Below are positions 12,601 to 25,194 of a stretch of DNA of 64,000 bases, one piece after another; position 1 is the stretch's first letter; the number at the start of each line of letters is the position of its first letter. The notes beneath the pieces are model-generated. The model was not told the DNA's origin. It saw only the letters and a program-made list of their open reading frames with translations, and searched no databases. Position numbers and translations under genes: made by a program. The DNA lies in NCBI RefSeq assembly GCF_001194135.2, contig NC_068983.1:89223530-89287529 (forward strand), read 5' to 3'. The stretch is from Octopus bimaculoides. Lineage: Eukaryota.

Positions 12601-13440
12601 CTTCTATTTCGTCAAATGCTTTGAGTAAGACATTTCTAAATCTCTGTCCATTTGCAGGATCTTTAAGCTTCCAGATCCTTCTCCTCCAAGCTGGTCTACT
12701 TCTGGGCATCCATTTAGCCTTGATCCTGGGAAGGTTTTGGCATTTATAAGCAGTCCTCTTTCCTTATTTCTGGCGAGGATGTAGTTGATTTGGCTAGTGT
12801 GTCTGCCGGAATGGTAGGTGACTAGGTGACAGGCAAGTTTCCTGAAGTTGGTATTGCAAACCATAAGATAATTTGCATCACAGAACTCCAGCAGTCTGGT
12901 TTCTTCCTCATTGCGGGAATCGAAGCCATAGCCTCCATGTACACCATGGAAGCCCCCTACATGTTGTCCAACATGTCCATTGAAATCACCAGCCACAAAG
13001 AGAAGGTCCCTGTCATTCGCCAATGAGGTAGTTTGCAACAGGGTGTCATAGAATTGGTCTTTCTGCCCATCCGGTAGCCCCGGTTGAGGGGCATAGGCCG
13101 TGATGATGGTAGCTAACCTATGGTGAAGCACTAGTCTAATCTTAAGTACTCTGACTACCTCGATTACCTTATCAACCCATTTCTCTGCAAGAAGTATTCC
13201 CACGCCCCCCGACCCCATCAGTGTTCCCTGCCCAGAAAATCTTGTACCTGTGTTCTTTGCCTTTGAGGAACCTAGCAGAACCTCCTCTCCACCTTACTTC
13301 TTGGATGCAGCATGAATCTATGCGTCTCTGTTCAAGCATCTCAACAATCTCACCAGACCTACCTTTCAGTGTGCCGACGTTGAGAGTGCCAATTCTGATG
13401 GTGTGGGAGGTGTGGGCCTGTCAGAAAATTTTCTGTGGTG
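9631..13440 (-). mobile_element. near full-length RTE-clade LINE (APE + RT), frameshifted, in last CSPG4 intron
   Basis: APE motifs IRIGTLNVGTL, IQEVRW, AYAPQ, GDFNGHVG. RT motifs GKAAGPS, NYRGIKLL, QFGFVPG, DMEKAFDRVP. C-terminus RRLRWYGHVARM...GRGRPKKT. Repetitive 3' UTR and (GAT)n tail. An N gap covers the RT centre. Confidence 0.92.
10796..11597. other. assembly gap (N run)
   Basis: N run inside the RTE. Confidence 1.
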
Positions 13441-15100
13441 ACTGAATAACTAATTAAGGGTTATAAAATAATTTCAAATAGAATCTTTGAGTCACATATT
13501 TCTCTCTTGACTTCTGGATATCAGTCTCTTTCTGACATTCACTGTTAAACTTTAAGGAATCTAGTGGTGGTATCTATTACTCCACAGAAGTATTTCAAAA
13601 ATCAATAAAATGGTACTGTGAGTGTGGGAAGTAAAGAGTTTGTATACTTTACATTGAATCTTATCTAGGATTCTGGTATTGTCAATGTAATTGAGGTTGA
13701 GCTGCAGTTATTTGGGTGATATGTCTCACGTATTGTTGCTTAACCCTGTCAGCAGTAATTGAATAAACATATGATCAAAGATGACCAACATGCCTTTTCT
13801 TGTGTATTTTGGACATCCTCATCCAATGTATCTTTCCTTTTGTAAGACAATAGAGTGATGTGATTTGAGGGAGATTTAGCTACAATTTCAAGCAGGCCAA
13901 ACATCCATGTACAGGCTTTTTCATTAGTTTGCATGGTTCTGTATACAGTGGAGAGTTATACAGCAGTTTAATGTCTGGTGTGAAATACACTTCCAAAACC
14001 TGTCAGAGATTTTATTTTCTATCTGATACCACCAGTTTTGAGTCAGTAAGGAAACTTTAGTCATTTAAGTTGCTAGAAGTAACAGTTAAATCCTTTTTAA
14101 ATCTCAATCTACTGTCTTAAAATAGGGAGGGCAGATATCTTATATACACTTCGTCTGAAATCAGCTGGCCATGGATATAACACCTTTTTTCATAGGTTTG
14201 CTCAATCAGGGCTGATCTGGAGTTGAACAACAATAACAACTAGCTCTTACAGTCAGGTCAATTATACATCTACATTTATATATTTAAAAAATTTGTATTA
14301 TCAAGACCATATTGATCTAAAGCACAACAACCACAGCAGATGGTTGCTAAAGTCAAGAGATGGTTCAATTAGTTCTACAACTATAAATGAGTTCAAATCT
14401 TTTCTGTCTCAGTATTTCCCACTGAATAAAGATTTAGCTTATAGGTTAAAAGACTATAGCACAATAGATTACACACCTAGATGTATCAGCTGTTACCTAG
14501 TAGTTCTCAGCTGATAAATGTAATGGTCATGAAAAGGTCATACAGTTGAAGATGGTAACTAAGATTTAATAATAGAAAGAAAATAAATTTTGCAGTACAT
14601 GTAAGTTTCTCAAGGAACAGTAAATTTAAAACAGCAGCAAATGGGAATTAAAGGAAACTTCTTTCCACTTTTTGATACTCGTCATTGTTTGTAATTTTGG
14701 TATGTAAAATTTTCACAAGTCTACAAAGTTTGGGTACTGCCAATTAAGCCAATCTAGTATGTTACTTGCATTTACTTTATTAGCCCTTGAAGGATGAAAA
14801 GTAAACTCTGCTTTGGTGAGATTTGAGCTCACAATGTAAAGGAGTGTAATTAAATAACACAAGACATTTCTCAAGAACTCTAACCAATCACTGTTCTTCA
14901 ATATTCAGAATGATATATACATACGATGGAATTCTGAAGCAGTCAAAAGATTTGAAATACTCTTTGTACTCAGAATTCATGTGCTTTGTTTTCTATCACA
15001 ATTTCAACCACTGAAGACACTGATATATGAAGCAGCTGACATATGACAGGATTAGATGAGTTAATATGAAAATGATATAACCTAATTGAAATTCACTTAC

Positions 15101-18100
15101 CTGTGTGAACAAATGCAATCAAGTTCTGCTTGACCATTTGTTGAGAAAAAGAACTAAGTTTCTTTGAAGTATTATTAACCAAAGCTAAGTAACCATTGGA
15201 GGGTTCAGTCACTTGAAAAATAAGGTCCCCTTCTTTAGAGTCAGGGTCAACTGCTCTGAGGTGATCAATTGTTAATATAGTCACAGACTGATTCCATACT
15301 TGTATTCCTTTGTTGCGTATAATCTGTGGCAGCTGGTCATTGATTGGCTTCACTTTTACTGACAACCTTTTCTCTTCACTTTCTTGACCATTGACTTTCA
15401 ATCTACCAGAAATCCACAGATGGTCAAGGGATGTCTCACTGTCATCATGAACATAATAGATGAGCTCATCAAGAAGCTCTTGGGAAGTAAATTGAGAAAT
15501 GGCATTGCCTTTATTTGTTATGGATTCTAGCCAACCAAATTTGGGTTGTTTTGTTACATTGTAGATTACTAGCTTATCTTCAAAATGTTTACCTCGAATG
15601 CGAATATTTTTCTTGGTTAGCATTTGACTTTGACCTTCTGATACAGTAACATTTGTCAGCTGCAAAGGTAATATTTTTGGCAATATGTCAATGACAAACT
15701 CAAGATTGTGCAACTTTTTAAATCCATTGGTGACATCAAAAATAAATCCATCAGTATTAGTCTCAACATCCTTTTGTATTTGTTGGTGAACATATTTCAG
15801 TTTTTCCTCATTGATATCTTCTTGTGTGAAAGTGATATTACTTTTATCTGAATATAATATATCACCAACTGAAAGAAAGCCAAACTTGGGTGGTGTGGTA
15901 ACATGATACTGGATATCAGCTGGGAATGAATCTGGATGACTCACATGCAAGTAGTTGTTAGTTATAATCACACTTTGGCTTTCATTTATGACCACAATTT
16001 TGTTATGAATTACATGGGGTGGATGACGCTGGCTCTCCAGGAAAAGAAGAATTGAGAAGGATCCTTGTGTCTCTGAAGGGCCGGCCTCAACAGCAAATTT
16101 GAAATAATCATCAAGTTTACTGTTTCCATTGTGCTTGTATGTTAGCATATCACGTTTTATATCAGCTAGAGAGAAGCTGTTAATTCTCTTGTTATCAAGA
16201 AGTAATTCACCATACATTGGTTCTCTCATGATGAAAAAAACAATCTCTTCATCTCTAACATTAACATTTGTTTCAATACTGAGATTAAAGGGAGTGATAG
16301 TAACACTTTTTCCCTTCAATACTGACACCCCTGTGTTGTTAAGGACTTTGATAAAAGGAGCAGAAGCCTCAATTTCAAGGGTAAATTTCCGTACAAAATG
16401 TCCATCTGTTACTGAAAATTTAAGGTAGTCAACTGAATTTCCTGAGTTCTTCACTAGCAGCTTTCTATCAATTATATCTTGCTGTGTAAATCGAAACACA
16501 TAGCTTCGGTCCATTCTGTTTAAAACATGATGATCAGATTTATCTGTTAATGTGTAGATAAGCTTGTTGTCGTCAAAGTTGATATCAGGGTCAGTAAATG
16601 CAAGGTCATGAATACTTAGAGTTCGTTCCCCATTAAGAATTATATAGAAGGGTTTATCAACAACACGTTGTGGTGAATTGTCATTTTTCATTACAATCTG
16701 GATGTCGAAGTGACCAGAGAAATCAGATAGTTCTTCTTGCTTATCTGTTGTTTGCAGAATAATAGGAGTAGCTGTAAAAGCAAATGAATCAGTTTTGTGT
16801 TCAGACCCATCATGAACATACATTAAGCGGCCTTCACGGATATCTTTGTTTGTAAAAGTTTCAACATTTTCCTTGGGGGTCATTCGATAGTGTGGATCAA
16901 CTATAATCAATTTACCATATTGTGGTGATTTGAACACAATGTATTGAAATTCTCTGTGTTTGTCCATTTCAATGTAAAGATCATTTCGAGTGATAACTTT
17001 TCTTTCTCCTTCAATTACTCTTTCTAGGCCATTGTTGATGTAGCGAACATCTGTCTCATTAGGAATATACTCTATATGGAAACGGAGACGTCGAGGAGGA
17101 ACACCTTTCACAGAAAGGTGCATGTCTATAGAATCATCTAAGCTACTATAGGACTGTCGCTTAAGACTGTAGTGGATCATATTACTGTGCAACTCATTCA
17201 GTGTGAAAGACCCATCTCTTTGAAGAGGCTGAAGCTTTTTCAAGGCAGATGTTGAAGTATCTGGTTTTGCACGATAAAGGTTACCATAGGATGGGGGACG
17301 CACAATAGTAAAGAAAACTTCTCTTGGGGGTATTCTTTGAGTATTCAACTTAACATTGAGATATTTAGTTGAAAGCACTTTTGACATGGTGTATCTTAAA
17401 ACAAGTTTCTTGTTAGCTACAACACTCAGTTGAACCCCAACAAACTTGATTCTAAAAGCCTCAACATTTGTTTCGGCATCTTGACATGTAACAGTGTACT
17501 TAAATATATCTGAATCAGGAGTGGAGTTAAATGGTTTGCTGAAATAACGAATACGTCCAGCATCAATATGACGCTGAACAAATGTGGTAACAGGTAACCA
17601 TGCATTATTTTCATGTTTACGGCGTTGGATTTCCCCATAGTAAGGACCTTCGTTGATTTTGTAACGAATCTCGAGATTTCGGTTTGGAACATTTGTGCTA
17701 AAAGACAAATTATTTGAGGTAATCAGAGAGTGAGAGCCAAGTGGAAGGTACAAACCAGTGTTGGCTTTGATAGTCAATTTTAGTTTCATTGCCCGGATAA
17801 TTATATTAGTATCCTTTGATTTAGAAAAGCCATCAGTTACATATATGCGAATAAAAGCCACAGTTGAATCACGTTGTACAAGCCAAATCTTGCCTGAATT
17901 GATGTCAGCTTGACTGAATGTTGTGATTGAAAATCCTGGCCGAGAAGAATTTTCAAAGAAGCACTTTGATTGAGTTGGATTCTCTAAGTGATAAATCAAT
18001 TCTTCAGGTGGTGTATCTGGGTCTTCAGCCATTAGTATGGATTTTTGGATCTGTACTTTAGAATTTTGAGCTACTTGAATTTCTCCGTTAGGACGAAGCC

Positions 18101-19693
18101 TGAGGATTGGTGGGTCATTGCGTGGGATAATTTCAATTGGTAGAACGAACCGATAGATACGTTTCAGTTCTGGTACCAGGCGATGACTACTGCCAATTAT
18201 CTTCACTTGTATTGTTACATCGTCACTAAGAGTATCACTACCACCATGTCTATACACAACATTTCCTTCTCTAAGTTCTTGTTGTGTGAAAGAGTGTCTT
18301 TCAATAGTTCCTTGTCGAGGAAGTATAAGAACTGTGAATAAAATGGCAGAATCATGGATACCATAATCTTCATATTTGAATAGTATATTAATGTTGGTTG
18401 TAGTGATAATCTTCTCAGTTTCCTCCTCAACGACCAACTTCTGAACAGCTACAAAGTCAAAGTTACGATCTGTATTAGATGATGGACTAACTGCTATTGG
18501 CTTAATGCAGTCACCTGTGTCACAGGAACACTGAAATCGATCAAAACCAATTTCTTCACATTGAGCATCATGTATGCAAGGACTTGATGCACATGGGTAA
18601 TGCCAAAGACATGATGGATCAATTTCCCGACTAATTTCAACATCTCGAAAGCCAAACTGTCGTGAATTGAGGAAAATGTCTCGGAAACAGCCTTTTATTG
18701 AATCAGAGGAGTTGTGGTCAAGAAGTGACATTAGCCCTCGTTCCATAGCAAGGCTTTTAGTTTTGAGTTGCAAACCACCAAAATATAAATAACCTCCTAA
18801 GTTGAGGTACATTTTGTTCCCAAAATTAGTCCGTGATATATTTTCATGACCATCAATTGTCAAAATCAAGATTTGCTGACTGATTTTTATAGTAACTGAA
18901 TGCCACAGGCCATTACTGACATCTACATTTGAGAATACTTCGACAACACCATTTCCTTTGTCAACGGAAAGCTTTATTTTGGAATTGAGAATTTCCAAAG
19001 AGATAAAATCTGGATCACTGTGTTGTCCTTCACAGAAAAGCAAAAGGCCTGTTTGTGTCCTAGTGCGGAAGTCAAATGTTATCTCCCCTTGTTCACGAAT
19101 TCGCAAGTGAGGAAAAGCAATGAATGAAGTGTCAGAAAGAAGAGTGATAGGCTGATGATTGCCTGCATCAAATTCGCTGTCACATGACCAAGAAACTTCA
19201 ACAACATTTTGTGGATCTTTTAAGTGCCGAGCTTTTCGTACAATATTTTTCTTATTAAAAAACACTTTCTCCATACACCCTCGGAAGTTATAGCTGTTGG
19301 AGAGGACATTTTGGTAAGAACCAGTTCCTCCGAGAAAGATTCCTTGATTGATGTCCAGAGTACGGAATTCTTCAGCAATTTTAATAGAAGTGCTGAAGAT
19401 TTTGTCAATGGTTAGAGTAGCTGTGTTGTTTATACGTAGAAAGTGGACATCATGCCACTGGCGATCATGGAGACGCAAGTCTGGATTGGACTGAAGACTT
19501 GCACTTCCTGAGCCAAAGTCAAAATGTACATGAATGATGCCAGATTTCAGTTCTATGATGCAATAATCAGGCTGACCAGCAGCAAGCAACAGCAAACCAT
19601 AGGGACGGTGAGTTTTGAAACGAAGTTTGATGTTGGTACTACTTGAAGACTCTTGCAATGGCACATGAACATAGCTTTGACCATAGAAGGAAA
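15101..19693 (-). CDS. CSPG4: CSPG4/NG2/kon-tiki-like proteoglycan, 4593-nt internal coding exon (2 LamG + EGF-like + most CSPG repeats)
   Basis: 1541-aa ORF 15093..19718. Starts SFYGQSYVHVPL...LLLLAAG (NG2-like LamG1), then a second LamG, CxxxPCxxxAxC...CxC, and repeated F(T/S)QxDI...YxHDGSE / PxND motifs. Acceptor ttttcAG|TT at 19695-19694 after a pyrimidine tract; donor AG|GTAAGT at 15100. Length is 3x1531, phase 1 at both ends. Confidence 0.95.
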
Positions 19694-20678
19694 CTGAAAA
19701 ATAAGAGAGAAAAAACAATATGAAATATTATATGGATTAAAATGCAGGGCATAACACATTATATAGACTTAAAACATTGATAATCACAGAGACAATTCTA
19801 AGAGAGAGAACGCAACTCAACTTATGTCTACAGCAAGTGTCTCCTACTATCAAAAAGCTTTTTCAGCACACCAGTGCAATCATCTCTCAACTTACATTAA
19901 CCAATATCTTTGAAGCTCATTCACTTCTCGTGGTATTAAATAGATGGGAGCTCAGAAAAACTTATTTCCTGACTTCCACAGAAATAAATGGAAGTAAATA
20001 AAATTGTACTATCTAGACACAAACAAAATACAGTTATGAACTCACAATCCAAGAACAGGAACTTGAAAATCTAAAGTACATTAACCAGCTAAGTGTTTAA
20101 GGGCTACAACCCTGTTATAGTCCTTGGTGATGCTATGCACTCAACCATTAGTTTACAGTGAGGTAGATGGAGGTATAAATGATATATATATATATATATA
20201 TATATGATTGAGAAAAAAAGGATGGTCAGAATCTTCCACAAACAGTTTCTCTGAAGGAAGTGTTTTGGATACATGTAGCTGCTATTGCTTTCAAACAGTG
20301 AAATATTACACATAGAAAATTACAAAGTAAAAAAAAAAGAGAAAATTACAATAAATACCACTGCAAACTTACAACAGCAACATAAAGTGACTATATATAC
20401 AATAAGTGGAACCATAGATTGAAGAGAATAGTGAATGGTGCATGAGGAAGACTTACAAATTTAATGCTGGCAGAATTTATATAACTGTTGTACTTAAGAG
20501 AGGCAGTGCTATGGCATAATCTTGTAGTAGCCAATAGAATCTCCACTTGAAATTGGATGCAGCATTGTGGTAAAAGAAAAAAACAAACAGGCAAATTTTA
20601 CCCCTTGTCATAAGACATTCTTATATATGTATCTGGATATTTATAGCCAAAAAATAGCTATAAAAAAGTTTGGCACAT

Positions 20679-21075
20679 AGTGCCCCTGGACTGGCTCTTG
20701 TGCGGGTGGCACATAAGATGCACCATTTTGAGCGTGGCCGTTGCCAGTACCGCCTGACTGGCTTCCGTAGGATTTTAGAGCGAGATCGTTGCCAGTGCCC
20801 CTGGACTGGCTTGTGCGGGTGGCACATAAAAGACACCATTTCGACCGTGGCCGTTGCCAGTATCACCTGACTGGCCTTCGTGCAGGTGACACGTAAAAGC
20901 ACTTACTACACTCTCTGAGTGGTTGGCGTGAGGAAGGGCATCCAGCTGAAGAAACTCTGCCAAATTTAGATTGGAGCCTGGTGTTGCCATCCGGTTTCAC
21001 CAGTCCTCAGTCAAGTCGTCCAACCCATGCTAGCATGGAAAGCGGACGTTAAACGATGATGATGATGATGATGAT
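20679..21075 (+). mobile_element. 5'-truncated RTE 3' UTR copy / RTE-tail SINE
   Basis: Ends catgctagcatggaaagcggacgttaaacgatgatgat, the reverse complement of 9631-9680; internal tandem units. Confidence 0.8.
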
Positions 21076-21165
21076 ATATATATATATAAATGCTGGTGCC
21101 CAAGCATGACGATGGCTCTCGAGCTGAAATTAGTAAAGAAAGAAATGTGTGTGTGTGTGTGTGTG

Positions 21166-21370
21166 AAGGTGCATGGCCTAGTGGTTAGGGTGTTACACTC
21201 ATGATCTAGCAATCATGGGTTTGATTTTTAGACTGGGCAGTGCTCCAGTACACTCAGCTGTAAATGAGTAACCCTGTGACAAAATAGCCTTCTGATCAGA
21301 GGAATGTTGGCCGGCTTGCCCAGCTAAGCAATGCGAAGTGCATTGTGACCGGCAATGTATAACAACAACA
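21166..21370 (+). mobile_element. tRNA-head SINE
   Basis: A-box-like tggcctagtggtt and decayed B-box gggtttgatt, then cagctgtaaatgagta core. Confidence 0.6.
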
Positions 21371-21394
21371 TCTAATAATATGTTTAATTCTGTG

Positions 21395-21435
<41 letters not shown>

Positions 21436-21519
21436 GGTGAAGAGATTTAACATTATATATATATATATATATATATTTACGATGAAAGTAAACAAAGCTT
21501 GTTTTAGAAGCGTTGAAAT

Positions 21520-24258
21520 TAGGGCTCGAAACTGGTTTTATAAAACCGGTTAAAACCGGTTTTATATTATGATCAGTAAAACCGAAACGGATTTGCCAAA
21601 ACCGATTTTAATGCTTGTTGTTTCTTTTTTTTTTTTTTTCNNNNNNNNNNNNNNNNNNNNNNNNNNNNNNNNNNNNNNNNNTTGTTTTTTTTTTTTTTTT
21701 TTTCGCAAAACATTTCTTCATTTTTTTCTTTTGAAGAAATATCTTTGAAACTGATATCTTTGAAACTGAACTAACTGTACTGTGGTCGGTCGCCTTTAGT
21801 TGTGAGTGCTGTCTGTTTCATTGAAACATATCAGTTCTCACCTTCTCTCCCCTTGAACCTTAGATCAGCACCTTGTCATTTCCTTCGCTAACCCCTGGCT
21901 GACTCCTTGAATTTGGAGGTAACCGACTTTATTCAGAGCAAGTCAAGGGGATGCTGTTAGTCTTCAGTCAGATGATCTTTCCCGTTGAGCATATGCAATA
22001 ACCAGTTCTAGATTCATTTCAAGGAAGTAACACTAACTAATTTTTTTCTTAATTATTTTCATTAGCCCTAACATGATAAAAAGAAAATTAACTGTTTGGA
22101 ATTTTTTTGATTGGAAAAACAAAGATGAAGCTCAATGCAACAAGTGTGATAAGATCATGAAGTCTTCTGGAGGATCTGCTACGTCTCTGTTCTTGCACTT
22201 GAAGAAAATACATCAAATCGATATAAATCAAGATGCCAACCAGCCTCCTGTGAAAATGACAAGAACAATGGAACACTTTTTAACAAAGAAATCAATGGAA
22301 GAAGAAGTTTCAAAGTTAGCTGATATGGATGGATTCTCTTTCAATTCAATCACCAAAAGCGATTTTATACAGAGAAATCCTCATAATTAGAGAGGCAAAT
22401 ATGATAAATTACAACCAACATCTGCAAACGGAGTCAGGAATATGGTAATGAATTATTACATAACCATGAAAGAAGAACTTATTCATTATTTTGAAAAAGA
22501 AGTAGCGCTGGAGATTCGCTACTCATTGACATTGGATGAATACACATCAATTCAAAATAAACAATATATGAACATAAATGTTCATGGGAAAGACAATTGT
22601 TGGTCGTTGGGTCTTATTGAGATCCATGGCTCCCTTAATAGCAGGAGAACGGAGCAATTTGTGAGAGGACATTTTCGTGAATTTGGATTGGATTTGGATA
22701 TACACATTGTAGGCTGTACGATGGATGATGCTTCTATGATGGTGAAATTCGGAAAAGAAATAAGACCTGATCACCAACAATGTCTCACACATTGCATACA
22801 TCTGTATGTGATCGACATTCTCTATCAAAAAATATTGCCTCAACCGATGAGACTGATAAAAAAAGTGAAGAGATCGCTATAACAGACGATAGTGATGATG
22901 AAGCTGACATAAGCCAACAGGACATACTTTTTCAAACAGATTTGGCTCACGAAAATGCTTGTTTCCCCAGCTAAAACTTGAATTTAACGAAGTTTTAAAT
23001 AAGGCAAGAAAAATTTCAAAACTTTTCCGTAAATCTCCTACAAAAAATGAAATTTTGCAAGATTTTGTACGAGCGAACTTTGACAACAGAGAATATAAAC
23101 TTATACTGGATTGCAGAATTAGGTGGAATAGTACATTCCATATGATTGAGATTTTTTTAAATTGAAAAGCTGCATTCCTAATGTTCTACGAGCAGTACTT
23201 TCCACAGATGCCGTAGCTGATGAAGAATGGAAATCTCTCGATTTACTATATGAAATTCTGCATCCAGTAGAAATTATTTTGAAGGCTATTTGCACTGATG
23301 ATATGGATTTACTGAAAGCGGAATATTCTATAGAATTTTTATTGAATAAACTTAATATCGTCGGCAACCCTTAGGCTTTAAATCTGCGTGAAAGACTTAT
23401 GCATAGATATAATAAAAGAAGAAATGTTGAAACTTTGACTCTCTTGAGGTATTTACATAACCCAAGGAAGTTTAAAGGTGAATCAATTTCTGGACCTTTT
23501 TCTTTTTTTAAGGAAACAACATTTAAGGAAGTATGCTGAACAAACATATAGGAGATTATTTCCTAAACATGACGCTGAGAACACAACAGAATTATACAAA
23601 GAAAATGAAATAGGAGGAAACCTAAAACAAGTGTTACTGTTGTCCCATCTACTTACGAAGGTAATGAACTCATGCGTGAATACACAAGCGCAATGAAGAA
23701 AATGAACAAAGAGCCCAAGATAATAGCAGATGGATTTGAAATCTCTGAAGAATTCGAATATTTTGAAGCCACTTCGAACAGAAGTGAAAAGCTTGAGAAA
23801 CTTTATAGAGCATTGCTTACAACTAAAGCAACTAGTGTCCAGTTGGAAAGAGCTTTTTCAATTACTGGACTTTTCAACACAAAAATTAGGACAAGTTTGT
23901 CAGGTAAAACACTGAATGCATTGTGTTTTTTAAAAGATTATTTTCGAAGGAAAGTGAATCATCAAGCAAGTCAAGAAACTTGATTGATTCTCAAAAATAC
24001 GACTTGGAAAAACGTTGCATTCCTGATTAAATAAATATACTATTATTTTTTGTTGTTATTTGTACATAGATACAGATACAGGCACCACCAACATATTTGT
24101 GGATATCAATCAAACTGTTACTTTCTCTCTTTCTCTGTGTACGTATATAAATAAAATACAATGTATGACAAACTTCTTCGTTACAGGGACACTGCTCTAA
24201 ATCCGCGAAAACCGGTTTTTAACCTGTTTTGAGAATTATCAGTTTTTTTCGAGCCCTA
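21520..24258 (+). mobile_element. hAT DNA transposon, complete ends
   Basis: TIR TAGGGCTCGAAA at 21520 and TTTCGAGCCCTA ending at 24258. Perfect 8-bp TSD GTTGAAAT (21512-21519, 24259-24266). Subterminal AAACCG repeats. Confidence 0.95.
22073..23983 (+). pseudogene. hAT transposase pseudogene (BED finger, DDE core, C-terminal dimerization domain)
   Basis: WNFF...AQCNKC...TSLFLHLKKIH (BED), SLTLDEYTS, CLTHCIHL (CxxH), RWNSTFHMIE, ATSVQLERAFS. Split by stops and frameshifts. Confidence 0.9.
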
Positions 24259-24286
24259 GTTGAAATGTATTGAAAGATACAGAAAT

Positions 24287-24530
24287 AATTTTTTTTTATT
24301 CTCAAACGCGTGTAATGCTAATAAATAGCGTGATCATGATAAATCATCCATACATTGCAGAAAAATATGTTACCGGCCAGCCATGAGACTCGAACTTGAC
24401 GCGTAATCACAGGGATGTGAGTTCGAGTCTCATGGCTGGCCGGTAACGTATTTTTCTGCAATGTATGGACAATTTATCCTGATCATGCTATTTATTAGCA
24501 TTATCACGTGTTTGATAATAAAAAAAATTT
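24287..24530. repeat. 244-bp foldback (about 110-bp arms, 23-nt loop) with tRNA-like apex
   Basis: Arms 24287-24396 and 24420-24530 are reverse complements; the inner 28 bp (gttaccggccagccatgagactcgaact) pair perfectly. Confidence 0.92.
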
Positions 24531-24584
24531 ATATATATATATATATATATAGGAATAACAACAATAAAACTTGGATCCAATTTA

Positions 24585-25194
24585 TGCGTGTTTCCACAGA
24601 TCACATGTCTCTTAAGATCACAGTCCATATTCCTGGAATGATTACAGTGTAGTCCATAGTATCTGTGGGCATCAAGTAGATCATCTTCATGGATTCATTT
24701 CTTCAGGCGATATAACATTAATAGATGTTTAACTGAGGGCTGTTTATCTCTTTTGACTATGACAAGGTTGATTGAGGGCTGGTCAAAAGGGCTAAATAAC
24801 CCTCAATTAGAAAATTACTATTTTTAAATCTCACAACAAGAGATATTCAGCAACAGTACTTTGGAGTAAAGATTATTTGCCAACATAACATGGCAGTTCT
24901 GGTTTAGGACGAATGGAGGTGCTAGATTCCCTTGTCGTATAGCCAGCTGGAGACGATGTCTCCTGGGGCTAAATTACAGCAACATTCATCCTAAACTAGG
25001 ACTGCCATGTTATGTTGGCAAACAATCTTTATTCCAACCTTTAGTTAAACATCCATTAATGTCATATCACCTATAGAAATGAATTGCCGGTAGAAATGAT
25101 CTACCTGATGCCCACAGATACTACAGACTACATTGTAATCATCCCAGGATGCAGACTGTGATCTTAAGAGACATGTGATTTGTGGAAACACGCA
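24585..25194. repeat. about 610-bp foldback / MITE-like element with an insertion in the left arm
   Basis: 24585-24739 pairs with 25038-25194, and 24861-24915 pairs with 24983-25037. Apex hairpin ggagac-gat-gtctcc. Confidence 0.88.

Larger units (their letters stand above)
8454..15100 (-). other. GT-AG phase-1 intron of CSPG4-like gene (6647 bp)
   Basis: GTAAGT donor and T-rich TAG acceptor; splicing restores one continuous reading frame. Confidence 0.9.

Noticed and set aside
21166-21240. tRNA-like sequences at SINE heads (also about 34990-35063 and 63130-63205)
   Set aside because: A/B-box remnants of SINEs without a complete cloverleaf; not tRNA genes.
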